DNA of 64,000 bases from Mobula hypostoma (Eukaryota), in NCBI RefSeq assembly GCF_963921235.1, contig NC_086109.1:34722001-34786000 (forward strand), written 5' to 3'. The notes beneath the pieces are model-generated. The model had not been told where the DNA came from. It ran no database searches and saw only the letters and a program-made list of their open reading frames with translations. The position numbers and the translations under genes were made by a program. The first letter of the stretch is position 1, and each line of letters opens with the position of its first letter. Shown here piece by piece: positions 39,492 through 51,273 of the stretch.

Positions 39492-40574
39492 GTGAAATTA
39501 TAGTCTCCTGGTTTTCCCCTGTTTATCATGTTCTGCTAACTCTCAGTCAACTCCTTTCCCTTCTGGTAAGTTCACATTTTCTTTTTGTCTCCTTGCATCT
39601 CTAATTTTGAAAAATGTGACTGGTTACCATTTATTTCGTTTTGTTTTACTTCTCCCAGCTTGAGGCTGGGCTACATCATGGATATTGGGTCATCATCTAA
39701 ATCTCAGAACTTCTCATTTCAGTTTTATTTTGTGCTATGAATTTTAGTCATAGATCAATGAGCCTTGTCCAAGTTAATTTTGAGATAATGGGATGCAGAG
39801 TACCAAAACTCTCCCTTCTGGTTTGGAAAATGACTAGTTTTCTATTGGTCTACTCTGTGAAACTTCCTCTTCTGACTAAGAGAGAAATAAGCTTGTGGCA
39901 AATGAATGGATTCTGTGTATTTTAATATGGTATGTGCCAAATTCCTGTGACACGACCTGAGTGTCCAGTTATTGACCCTCGCTATAATCCTAGAGTTAGG
40001 ATAAGAACCATTATGATCAAAGCATTTCTTAGCAATCCAGCAAGTTGTTGACTTTTGCCATTTTTTTTTTACCTTTGTCTTATTTTTCTTTGTATGATGA
40101 GGGGATGTGAAAGAATTTATTAATCCTTCTGTCATATGTAGAATCTGCTGAGAAATGGATTTCCATCAATGGGTTATTTTGTCTTTCAAAATATAATAAC
40201 TGCTGTGTTTGGGAGCCATGGGTAACATTATGAATTTTGTATTTACATCTCTGCCCTGCAGCTAGTTGGAGGTTTATTGCATTCATCGTCTTTCAATATG
40301 GTGTTAAAATTTTAGCAATATTTATTCTTAAAATACTGGCAGCAGTGAACTACTCTGTACCCACTTTCTCCTTTGTGTATAGCTGGAGCTAATGTTTCAG
40401 TGGAAATACCCTGAATGAAGCCAGCGTCCTCTGTGGTCCACATCTATACGCTGATATTCTTGTAAGCAAGCCCCCCCAGGCAACACCAGTGGTCAAATTT
40501 GTCAAGAAATTTAAAGTTTGTGAATGCCTCATGTTTTACTTAACACCTGCCAATATTCCTCTTCTCCCGAAAAG

Positions 40575-40885
40575 CCACACCACCTTGTTTAAAAACAGCT
40601 GCTTCCCTTCAACATTTTATTCTTAAATTAACCAGTACAATCCTAATCACTAAAGTTTAGCAACTTTATGACCACTTTGAGCACTTTGCACTAAAATGCG
40701 CTGTTTATTTTTGTTTTTAACTGTGTTTTTTCTGTAAAAGTTGCATACATCTATGATTAATTTGTTTTTGTTTCTGTCTGCTGCTTATAGGTTGTTATGT
40801 GCATGTGTGGCTCCTGCCAGTTTTTTTTAATCGCACATGGGCACACATGTATTCATGTAGATGTTAATAAACTCAATACTGACTT
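40575..40885 (+). mobile_element. Old LINE 3' end (Rex1-like)
   Basis: HTTLFKNSCFPST motif, then a 3' UTR with AATAAA. Confidence 0.55.
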
Positions 40886-41639
40886 TCAGAATGAATAGAA
40901 TTGCCAAACTTATCCTGGGCCTAAACTGACACTAGTTTAGTCAGCAGATTATATAGAGAAATTCCAGTGGAACGGCTGATTTCCAGAGTGTAAATACAGA
41001 GCATAAGCATCAGTCTGGTTTGGAACTTGCACAATGATACTGCCAGGTAAGTCCAGAATTGCCATAGATGTAGGGGAAAACGCCAGCAGTTCCACGCAGA
41101 GCAGTGATTTCTCAAGAATATCTGGGCCATCAACTTTTCCTTGTGTAGGTGAAGATTTTCATCTTGACAAATGGTGAGGAACTGCTTTACCCATGATCTT
41201 GCTTTACTTTCCCGTCTTGAAGGCTGTAGCATACATTTGGATAATGATAGCCTTCTGGCATCTGCCATGGCAATCTGCCAGCTTCTGTCCTTTCATCACT
41301 TTTTGTCTTCTGCCTGCATATTCTAGCTCTCTAAATTATCCTTACTATTGACATTTTGTTCTCCTTTAACACTCGTTTTCAATGAACCTTTTTCAAGGTT
41401 CAAGCATTTCATTTTTTTTTTGCTGTGTCTCCATGTTTCAATACACTTGACACCAGGGATCAGCCTTAGGCCTCGTTGACATGAAAGTTTCCTGTATCTT
41501 TCTGCTTTCTCCGTGAAATGTCATTCTGTCAAAAAGTAAGGGCTTTTGCCAAGTAGCATTTTCAGAAACCACTTCAGCTATTATTTGATAGTGCTGCTTA
41601 TACGAGTAGTTATCAGGTATGCTGCTTTTGACCAATTAG

Positions 41640-41783
41640 ACTCATTGACTACTTTATTAGGTACACTTGTACACCTCATTAATACAAATATCTAATCAGC
41701 CAATCACGTGGCAGCAACACAATGCATAAACGTATGGTTAACGGGTTCAGATATTGTTCAGACCAAACATCAGAATGGGGAAG
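41640..41783 (+). mobile_element. Tc1/mariner left-end fragment
   Basis: ACTTTATTAGGTACAC..ATCTAATCAGCCAATCACGTGGCAGCAAC resembles fish Tc1 TIR and subterminal sequence (recognised from memory). Confidence 0.6.
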
Positions 41784-41819
41784 AGAGGGTTCAGAGGAGG
41801 TTCACAAGGATAATCACTA

Positions 41820-42054
41820 ATGCAGCGCAGGGGATTGGGAGTTCAGAGTTCAGTTCTGACACTACCTGTAAGAAGGTTGTACGACCTTCCTGTAAGTGCA
41901 TGGTTTTCGTCCCACAGTTCAAAGACTTACCGGTTAGCAGGTAAATTGTCCTGTGATTAAGCTAGTGTTAAACAGATGGGTTGCTGGCGTTGAGGCTCAT
42001 TACACTGGAAGGGCCTGTCCAAGTTGTATCTCAAAATAAATAATAAATAAATAA
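41820..42054 (+). mobile_element. V-SINE (HE1-like)
   Basis: Aligns with 29563-29812 (GTAAATTGTCC..TGATTA.GCTAG, CTGGAAGG, TATCTC, (TAAA)n tail). Confidence 0.72.
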
Positions 42055-43055
42055 TTTCTTGTGCTTCAAGATTACTTCCAGAGTCTCAATCTGCCTTAGG
42101 AAAGATATCACCCATTTCTGAGGATTACTTCATTATGACCCCTTTAAATCTATTTTAAATCCTTGTTTCGATGTCGGTGTCTGTAAATCTGCATGGATTA
42201 TTTCCATTGATAAAGGGCTTGTTGCTGTGTTCATTGTCTAATGAACACTTGAAGGAAGAAATTTTTGAATACTAAACCAGACTTTTAATCATTCCTAGTT
42301 TCTGAGATAATGGCAGTGTGAAATACTCTCATCCGTTCTCCAGCTTTCATAGTCAACCTGTATATTGTTGCTATAGTATTTAATGATTGCAGCTGAACTC
42401 TTTCACCCTCATCATCATGTCCCTCTCACTATCCTTTTGACATGCTTTTGAACAAAATTATATCCTCCTTCATAACAAGCTATTCCCTTTCTCCAATGAC
42501 TTTGAGTCCTAGCGTTTACAATAGCTAGTAAAAACTGTTCAACAATTAAACCCTCAAGGAACAGAATACGGGATTGTGACTAATATGAAAGATTTAGTGG
42601 TTGCAATGAAATTGAAGAATGTTAAGTACAAAGGAGGTGTCTGTGAATTTGAATGACATAGCACTGGCTATTTTGATCTACAGGTGTCATTTGCACTTCT
42701 AATTTAATTTGAAAGCCTTAGGCATACATTTTAGTGCAATTTTCAAATGTAGGAAATGAGTGGCATGTGTTACCAGTTCAGACCAGGAGTATTCAGAGAA
42801 CACAGAAAATAATGTGTGGTGTTGTTTTGACACCAGTTTTACTAAATTGGATTGTAATGATCCGGTTATCACTGTGCTAAGCACTTGTATAAAAACAGTA
42901 CAACTACATACAGTACATTATTTAATGTTTTGGAATTACATTGATGACTAATCAGAATCATTGTTGCTTTTGAATTTTTGGTTTATTTCCATTGCTTGAT
43001 TGTGTTTGAGAATAAGAAGATATGAGGGACTGTGGCACTTTGCATATAGTTAAGA

Positions 43056-45057
43056 CAGTGTTTCCCAATCTTTTTTCGCCCGATGCCTCCCTTAAAGCAA
43101 TTTCATACTTGCCAACATCCCGCTTAGGCATAATATAATTTCCGGCACCCCCATAGTGTAAAGAAATGTCTACTATATGTTAACATGAGAAAAATGATTC
43201 TGCTTTAAATTTATATTTGTCTTTAAACCTAGCTTGCACAGTACCTGTATGCTGTACAGCAGCTTCGATATCAATATGATCCTTGAGATTGATGGTTCTT
43301 AGCAAGAGTTGAAATATCTGGTTCAAGTTGTGACAGCAAAAGTCTTAAGTCCCCATGTGTAACAATGTCCAAGTGTTTTCTGTTTTTTGTGAGTATATGG
43401 TTCACTGCACTGAAATCTCTTTCAACAAGGTAGGAGGATGGAAATGCAATTAAGAGCAGTTTGGCTCTTCTCCAAAGACCAGGAAACTTGATATGACAGT
43501 GTAGTCACATACCTCAAAAGCCAACATTTTTGAAAAGTTTTTTTTACTACTTCATCATTCTGAATTTTGATAATTTCTTCTTTCAAACTCTCTTTCTGTT
43601 CTTCCACCTTGCAAAGAAATGGGTTAATTACCCAGTCTGAAATTTCCAGGTTGTTCATATCCTTGAATCAATTCTGAAAATCTTTCTTCTGTGACTGCAG
43701 GTGGAAGCAGTACTCTTGCAAATCACTGACTGTGAAAGAGATTGGCATACTTTCCATGCAGGGAAACTGTGAGAACATTCTGCAGGTTTTTGACAGCCAA
43801 CACACCTCTTCAAACTCTTCATCATTATCTTGGCATGACTGGCAAAATATTCTGCTATTTAATCGACGCAATTTAATTTTGTTGACAGCAGATATTATGA
43901 GAGTTGCTAACTGAGGTTTTTGGCTGCAAGTTGTTGATGATGAATTACACAATGGATTGCAAACTGATTTGGAATTTCTTTTTTTTTAGTAAATGCCACT
44001 AAACCAGCTTGGTGACCTGCCATATGTGGTGCTCATCTGTTGCATAATAAATCATGTTCCTAATCGGAATACTTTTATGCTCAGTATATATTTTGAGCTT
44101 GTCGTAGATTGATTTGCCGTTGATATTTGTTTTTAACTTTTTACAAAAGAGAATCTCTTCATAAACTTGTCTTTTCTGATAAATCGTAAATATGCCATTA
44201 GCAATGCCTCATTGTCTTGCACAGTTGACTCATTCAGTTGTATCCCAAATTTTGTTTTTTGTTGCTCTGTGCATAGTTGATACTCAATGTCTTCACTTAT
44301 TTCGTCAATACAATGAGCTACAGAGTTATTACTCAGAGGAACTGATTTTAGAATACTGGTATCCATTTCAAGAATAGTGGTGAGCACTTCTGATACAGTA
44401 GACATTATTAATCTTTCACCAAATGTATGAGATCTTCCACACCTTTCTATCACTTTTGAAATGGCAGAAGAAGCAATGAGACCAATATTAAGTTTATTTT
44501 TAGCTTTCTTGGCAAATGACTCAAGTGTGCAACACTTTTCAATAACTTCTTTCATCTTCTGGAACTGAGTAATACCACGAGTAGCCTTTTCAAGGTGTCT
44601 TTTACGGAGGTGTTCCTGCAATCTTGATGGTTTCATAGCTTCATTAGACAGTACAGTATTACAAATAAGACACATGGGGTGTTGATGATCTGACAGGAAT
44701 GGAATAAAACCAAAGACCGGTTATGTAGCATTGTATTGATGCCCTTTCTATAGTTTCTGTTCCTTAGCAGGATTAGAATTCAAGACTTCACTGCCTTCAG
44801 ACTTGTAGAGATGTTGCTGTGCGTATTAATCCATCATTTAATAGTGCTAGAATAAAATTTAAAAAAAAAATTAATGGGAGCAGGCAGCAAGTAGACACGG
44901 TTAGTTAGGTCTCGTACCTCAAGTTAGGGTGCCACTTGCCGCGCCCCACTCTCCGCAAGAACCTTAAACACCCCTGATAACTTCCATTTCCCCTAACGAC
45001 CCTTAGGACACGTAACCGCCCCTTGGTGGGCGGTACCGCCCTTGTTGGGAATCACTG
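43056..45057 (-). mobile_element. hAT Buster/Charlie-family DNA transposon with both TIRs
   Basis: TIRs CAGTGTTTCCCAA and (reverse complement) CAGTGATTCCCAA, 12/13 identical. 8-bp flanks AGTTAAGA and AGTTAATC with a central TA. Confidence 0.9.
43272..44760 (-). pseudogene. Decayed Buster-type (SCAND3/ZBED5-like) transposase
   Basis: BED finger CLIC..MKPSRLQEHLRKRH, PLSNNSV, GIQLNEST (catalytic D position reads N), HCVIHHQQLAAK, and FPSSYLVERDFSAV. Multiple frameshifts and stops. Confidence 0.88.
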
Positions 45058-46139
45058 AGTTAATCTTTCACCCAATGCGGGGGTTATAGTTGTTGAACTG
45101 TACATTGAATCTTTCAGCATAATTGGGAGAAGGATGTGAAAGCCTTCGGAATGAAGAGTAGTGGGATTGGGAGAGTATCAAAGAGTGAAGAGCAGCAGTA
45201 GTATAGGAGGAGGAAAAATACCCTGAGTAGGAAACCCCGCACATAATGAGTGCCTTTATCAGTCAGTCTTCTAGATTAACTTGAATTCTTGAGCAAACTC
45301 CTCATCTTTGAGGAGGCCTTTATGATGATCTGCCTTGTCTTGGAAACTCACCAGTGGCCATCGAGCAGGGAAAGGAGCTGCCTTGTTAGAAGATGTCAAG
45401 GTAACAGCTTTGCTAAATGTTTGTGCCTTACACCCATTCCATCTTGGTTCATATCAGAATTTTCATCTTAGTGAATCAAGCCATTGAATTCATGGGAAAC
45501 AAAGGGTTACTTCAGATTTTTTTTTTTTGCAGTTGTACCCAGGGACAAATTAAAATTGTTGCAGTCTCTGGAAATTAATTATCTAACCCACAGGAATTCT
45601 TTTGAGCAGTGACCCAGGGCTATCTTCATCGACCTTTAACCATGAGAAGGAATTGGGAATATTCGCTGATTATTGAGGTCTTCAGATAACAGGGTAATCT
45701 GTGTGCTGAGGCACGGGTAAAAATCAGTAATTGGCTTAGACATAACAAGCATTCATTCATTTTCAAATGTCAATCAATGGCCATCTCTATAATTAAAGAA
45801 GGCCTCGCCACTTTTTCTAGAGCTCTAATGATATTACCAGTAGCGAGCCTCCCACCATTTTGGGTGAGAGTGGGATCACCTTTGACCAAAAAGGTAACTG
45901 GAACAGCCACGTGTATGCCAAAGCTAAATGCTAAATATCCTGCAGTGGGTGAAGCATTTTCTGATTCTCTGAACCTTTCCACCTTCTACAGGGCAGATTA
46001 TGATGGAATAGGTCCTACTTCTTTGTAATAATGAACAAATGAGATATGTGTTCTTCATGTATCAGGGCACAGAATGAATACTCACTAGCACATCTTTGTC
46101 AACAGTTAATATACCAGCTGTAAACTAGACTACAGAAAT

Positions 46140-46600
46140 CCGGCAAGGCTTCTTCAATATTACCAACCAAAATTAGAAGGACAAGTGCAGCAATTTTCTG
46201 GGATCAGCACCCTCTCCAAGATTTTTCCAAAATGTACTCTCTGCTGATCTGGAAGTGTATCATTATTGCTTCATTCCTGGCTATAAGTACTGGGGCACTT
46301 ATTCTGATTGCTGTTGTTCCTCTCTGCACCTTGTGGTACATTGGGTGGCAACCTTGCCATTCCTTTAGCATTCTGTCTGTTTTTTTTATGATGCTGAGTT
46401 GCCAGCTGAAAGTTCAACCCAGCACAGATGGCAAACGTGTAAGGAGCTGGCTGGATTCGAACTCAGGACTACTCGCCTCAAAGTCCAGTGCAGATGCCAC
46501 TACACCACAGGCTGGCAGTATTCTGATGGTGTAGTGGGTATCTTCATCCCATTGGCTATTCAAAGAAGCAGTTCACCACCTCATTACGACAGTCAGACAA
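46140..46600 (+). mobile_element. Old CR1-clade 3' fragment interrupted by a SINE
   Basis: CAAGGCTTCTTC..TAGAAGGACAAG.GCAGCA and TTCAAAGAAGCAGTTCACCACC. Antisense-like counterpart at 55880-56150. Confidence 0.5.
46309..46518 (-). mobile_element. tRNA-derived SINE (family A) with TSD
   Basis: B-box GAGTTCGAATCC. Flanked by direct TATTCTGAT at 46300-46308 and 46519-46527. Confidence 0.8.
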
Positions 46601-47449
46601 TCAGAACCAGATTCACTGAACGCATACAAAAATAAACTTGCCACTTTGAGATTCAGAAGCTATAAATGATTATTCAGGAAGCATGCACTTTGTAGGAGGT
46701 AACTGTCATTTATTCACAGCCTTTCCCAATTAAGTTGGAAGTAAATGAATATTCGACTCCTATAAAGATTAGCATTTGATTCTGATGTGACATCCCATGG
46801 TATTGTAAAATTAGTGTCTTCAATTCACCATGTATGTTAAAAGCTGGCACAAGGGAATAAATAAGACATAAGACCAGATGTGACTACAGTAGGTGATCAC
46901 ATTGTGCATTGTAAAGCAATACCTTTGTGTCTTTCATTCTGGGTTGCTGTGATCTTGTGCTGACAGTGGATGCAGTAGTCATGCAATATAGTGTCTCCTC
47001 AGCCCAAGATGTACAATTGTGTAAAAAGGCACTCGTAAAGATATCCTTGAAAACAATTCGATATGTAGGATCACAAATTAGGAACAAGGCACATGGAGAT
47101 ATAAATGAAGAAACACGCCTGGAAAATATATTGCACAATGCTTCTCAACATTATGTGATGGAAATTGACTTTAGTCCAGACACAGACAAACTGTATCCCC
47201 CTTGAAGGATAGGTATTCTCTCCTGACTCTTAGTTTACAAATGGCCAGTAATAGGTCGGCACTCTTTGTGAAGATGTCTTGATGAGTAATTTACTGAGAG
47301 AAAAACAGAATTCCATTTGTGTTGAAATACCTTGAGGTTGAGAGGTAACTAGAATCTTAATGTGACAACTGACTATATGATTCCCTTCCCTTATTTTTAT
47401 GCTATGAGCTGAGTTCTGACATTTACAACCACCTTGGGATCAATATGTT

Positions 47450-47919
47450 AGAAATCCTACAAAAAATAGTGGATACAGCCCAGTCCATCACGGGTAAAGC
47501 CCTCCCCACCATCGAGAACATCTACACGGAGAACTGTTGCAGGAAAGTAGCATCCATCATCACTCAGGCCATACTCCCTTCTTGGGAATGCCATCCGGAA
47601 GAAGGTACAGGAACCCCAGGAACCACACCACCAGGTTCAGGAACAGTTATTACCCCTCAACCGTTAGGCTTCTGAACCAGTGGGGTAACTTCACTCGCCC
47701 CATCACTGAACTGTTTCCACAACTTTCAAGGACCCTTCATCTCATGTTCTCTATTTATTGCTTATTTCTTTTCTTTTCTTTTGTATTTGCACAGTTTGTT
47801 GTCTCTTGCACACTAATCTGCCCTCTTGGTGATGTTTTTCATTGATTCAATAATGCGTCAGGGTTGTATGTGGTGACATATATGTACTTGGATAATAAAT
47901 TTGCTTTTGAAATTTGAAA
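47450..47919 (+). mobile_element. Rex1/Babar-type 3' fragment
   Basis: LQKIVDTAQSITGKALPTIENIY and PSGRRYRNPRNHTTRFRNSYYPSTVRLLN, with a TTTGAAA tail. Confidence 0.85.
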
Positions 47920-48526
47920 TCCAGTGACTGACATTCATGGCCTTAACTTTAAAGTAAAACCCAAACTAACAATCAATGATTATGACAGTAACTTTCTTTC
48001 CAAAGCTAAGATTTGCACTCCCTTCTCCACAGCACAATTATGAGCAAGCAGTTCTTTCTCTTGCCCAGCGTTTTTGTTAGCTGTTAAATGCAGTTTCAAT
48101 ATTTGGCAAATTCACATTTTTGAAATACATTTAATGTGACCAAACATAATGTCAACACTGAGGTCACACTCCTATATAAGAGGGTTTCAGATTAATGGTG
48201 GTTGAAGAAGGAAGTGACTTCCAATGAAATTGTATTTTCCCAAAGAGGTGAGAAAATGCCGAGTTCTATTCTCTTCCATTCATGTGAATAATAGAGCCAG
48301 CTGATTTCATAAATGTAGGTAAACAAGTCCTCTTGACACATCACAGCAATTCCAATTTTAACTTCGCTAAGACAAAATACTTTTTTAACTTCAAAGGCTT
48401 CTGAATTACTGATATTTCCAAAGGATTTTATTTCTAAATTTTGTAGACTTGTACAAAGTCGAAACAGCATTGGGTCTGTGAAAAGAGGTGATTTAAGCTT
48501 TAGCAAATGCAAGCCTTTTGCTCCGT

Positions 48527-48714
48527 CTGGTCAAGCAGCGTCTATGGAGGGAAATAATGAATCGACGTTGTGGTCTGAGACTTTTCATCAGCTCTCGGCC
48601 CGAAACGTTGACTGTTTATTCTATTCCATGAATGTTGCCTGACTTGTTGAATTCCTCCAGCATTTTGTGCACGTTGATCAAGATTTCCAGTGTCTGCAGA
48701 ATCGCATGTGTTTA
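48527..48714 (+). mobile_element. Fold-back Penelope-terminus element
   Basis: The left arm has minus-strand CTGATGA. The right arm has TCTCGGCCC-GAAAC-GTT-GACTG followed by the terminus. Confidence 0.78.
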
Positions 48715-49624
48715 TCTTTTATCTCTGCTCTCCTTGTCTGTCTGCATATTTACTAATCCTACAGTAAACCCGTTTATTAAATTCCAGACATGTGGACTTC
48801 AACTATACCATGTGACTGTCTGACCCTGTTAAGTTTGATAGTTTTCGCCTCTCTTCTTGAGACTCAAAATTATTCTGGCTCTTCCAGGAACGATTCAGCT
48901 TTACTATACCTGCAACAATATGCATGGGGTAATGTCATTACTTGTGCTGAATTACCTGTCTAACATTGCTGGTTAAGCTACACTGAGCTGACTTTGGAGA
49001 ACTAGCACTGGGTGCACTGGAGCAATTATTTCAGCCCTGAATTCGGACTCCAGCAAAGGCATAACCAGTATTAAATGTAGTGAGGATCTCCTATCATATA
49101 GGTTTCTTTCTCAATCCTGATTTTTTCCACACTCCAGCACAGCAAACCCTGAGGCTACTTTTGAAACATCAGCAGCTTTTGATCTCCAGACACTTGGTTT
49201 TGTAAAAATCCAATTCCTTGATGTTCCAGGCTTCTAACTCTTCAATCATCTGCTGTTGCAGGTTCCCCAAGAATCACCTCCCCCACTAAAATCCCCTGAT
49301 ATTCCAGATCCCCTAACGTTTCAAGCCCTCCAATCCTCCAACAACTAATGTTCTATGCCCTCTAAATTTTCAATATTCCACTGTTCCATTGCCTGATACT
49401 CACCAGTATCCCTGTGATTGAAAGCTATTCCAAAGGTCAAATATTTTGATGTTTTATGAGTTCTGAACCTCCCCATGCTTAGTTACACCAGCTTGATATT
49501 CCCCTCCAATCCTCAGTAGCCTGAATCTTTCTTATCTCAGTCCCACTGAATCTTGCTTATCCCTTTCCTCCCCAACCTTTTGATGTGTGAAGGACCTCTG
49601 CCTTTAATATCCTGACTCTCCAGG

Positions 49625-49820
49625 AGATTCTAGGCGATAAAACCATTGTAAATGTTAAGGCTTTGCAGAGTTTTATGCAACAAAGGAACCTAGGAGAGTG
49701 CATGCAGAAAGTTCAGAGGGCAATGGGCCAGATACTGGCAGATGGGACTAGCGGCAGGGCAACATGGTCAGTATGGATGAGATGGGCCGAAAGGCTTTTT
49801 ACTATGCTGCATGACTCTGA
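49625..49820 (+). mobile_element. Old CR1 3' end
   Basis: GGGCCGAAAGGC..ATGCTGCATGACTCT resembles the CR1 terminal sequence. Confidence 0.55.
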
Positions 49821-50982
49821 TTCCAAGACCAACCTGATCCTCCACTTTCCTGATATAGAAGATCACAGAATGAGAATGAAAATACGATAGCCTGGAGTTG
49901 ATTCCTGTTCATATTGAGCACGATTTTTAATTGGTATCTAACACTGTTTCTAACTCACTTACTAAAATTAATTATACATTTTATTACCGACATTTTATAT
50001 CAGTTGATGAGAATATCAAATTGTTTTCAAAGTAAAGAATGTCATCTCTTAAAAATTCAACATTACATTTTAACCACCATAGTTCCATTTTAGATCTACT
50101 TTACTTTGATCATTAACATTAATTTATGCACCTGTCACTCTGACTAACTTTCCAATTCAGTGCAGCTGTAGCATTTATTACTCAGTAGAATTGTATATCA
50201 GCAATAAATATGATTGAACTTTGCCAGTACCTCGGATTATTTTGAATTTAGCTGATGTCAGTGGTTACTTAGGAAAGGAAGTAAAATAATACTTGACAGA
50301 ATTACCGGATACTATTAACAGTACCTGGAATTAATGCTGAAATCTCAGTATGAGATTTTATTAATATTGAGGGAAATATTGAGAAGGTTTGACTATTTAG
50401 GAGGATGACTGCTTACTTGTGTATAGCAATAAAGCAGAGCATGCACCTTTCAACAAAAAAAGTGTAACAGAACATAACATTGGATCTCAATTGCACTCAG
50501 CAGATTGGTGTTAACTAGAAACTGTAGCCTTTTCATTGGTACTGTCTCCCAAAATATTTAGTTTGTACACTACCTACAAGGAGTCTTAGGAAATGATTGG
50601 ATATTTTTCATCTCATTGTTTTTTTTTCTTTTCCAACCACATAATGTTTTAAATAAAAGGATGTGGTAAATAGAGGGGTCATGCTAACAATGCTGTAAAT
50701 ATTTATTACCATGCAGTAATACACACTGACCATTTTGAATGTAGAGGCATTGCTTTTCATATCGATGGTCTAGACTCTTGCACGTCTTCTGTTTAATGTC
50801 TGAGGCTGCTGATCAATGGAATAGCCAGGTGCCGATTAACATCAGACTGTCAGTAGGCTCACTCCAGTATAGCCCAAACTCGAGTTGTTTTCAGGGTCTC
50901 CGTCCTCTGGCAAGTTGATGAGTAACGTGGAACCTATTGATAGTCAGAATCAAATGTTGGCCCCATTGTTAGAAATTATAGT

Positions 50983-51273
50983 CTGAAATTGAACTTTATT
51001 TGTCACATGTACATCAAAATGCAGTGAAATGCGTTGTTTGCATCAAATCAAATCAGTGAGTATTGTGCTGGGCAGCCTGTAAGTGTTACCTCGTTTCCAG
51101 TGCCAACAGGGCACACTCACGACTCTAACTCTAACCGTACATGTGCGAGGAAACACATGCAATCACGGGGAGAACATACAAGATCCTTGCAAGCAGCGGT
51201 AGGAATTGAACCCTCGATCAGTGATTGCTGGTGCTGTAAAGCGATTACACTAACTACTATGCTACTGTGCTGC
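50983..51273 (-). mobile_element. tRNA-derived V-SINE-like element (family B)
   Basis: B-box GGGTTCAATTCC and TTCTCCCCGTGATTGCATGTGTTTCCTC on the minus strand. Same tail as 28229-28518. Confidence 0.75.

Noticed and set aside
43272..44760. Host gene SCAND3/ZBED5
   Set aside because: It has frameshifts and stops and is bounded by TIRs and a TSD, so it is a transposon fossil.
49100..49620. C/T-skewed low-complexity stretch as a distinct element
   Set aside because: No repeat unit, termini or coding motif could be supported.
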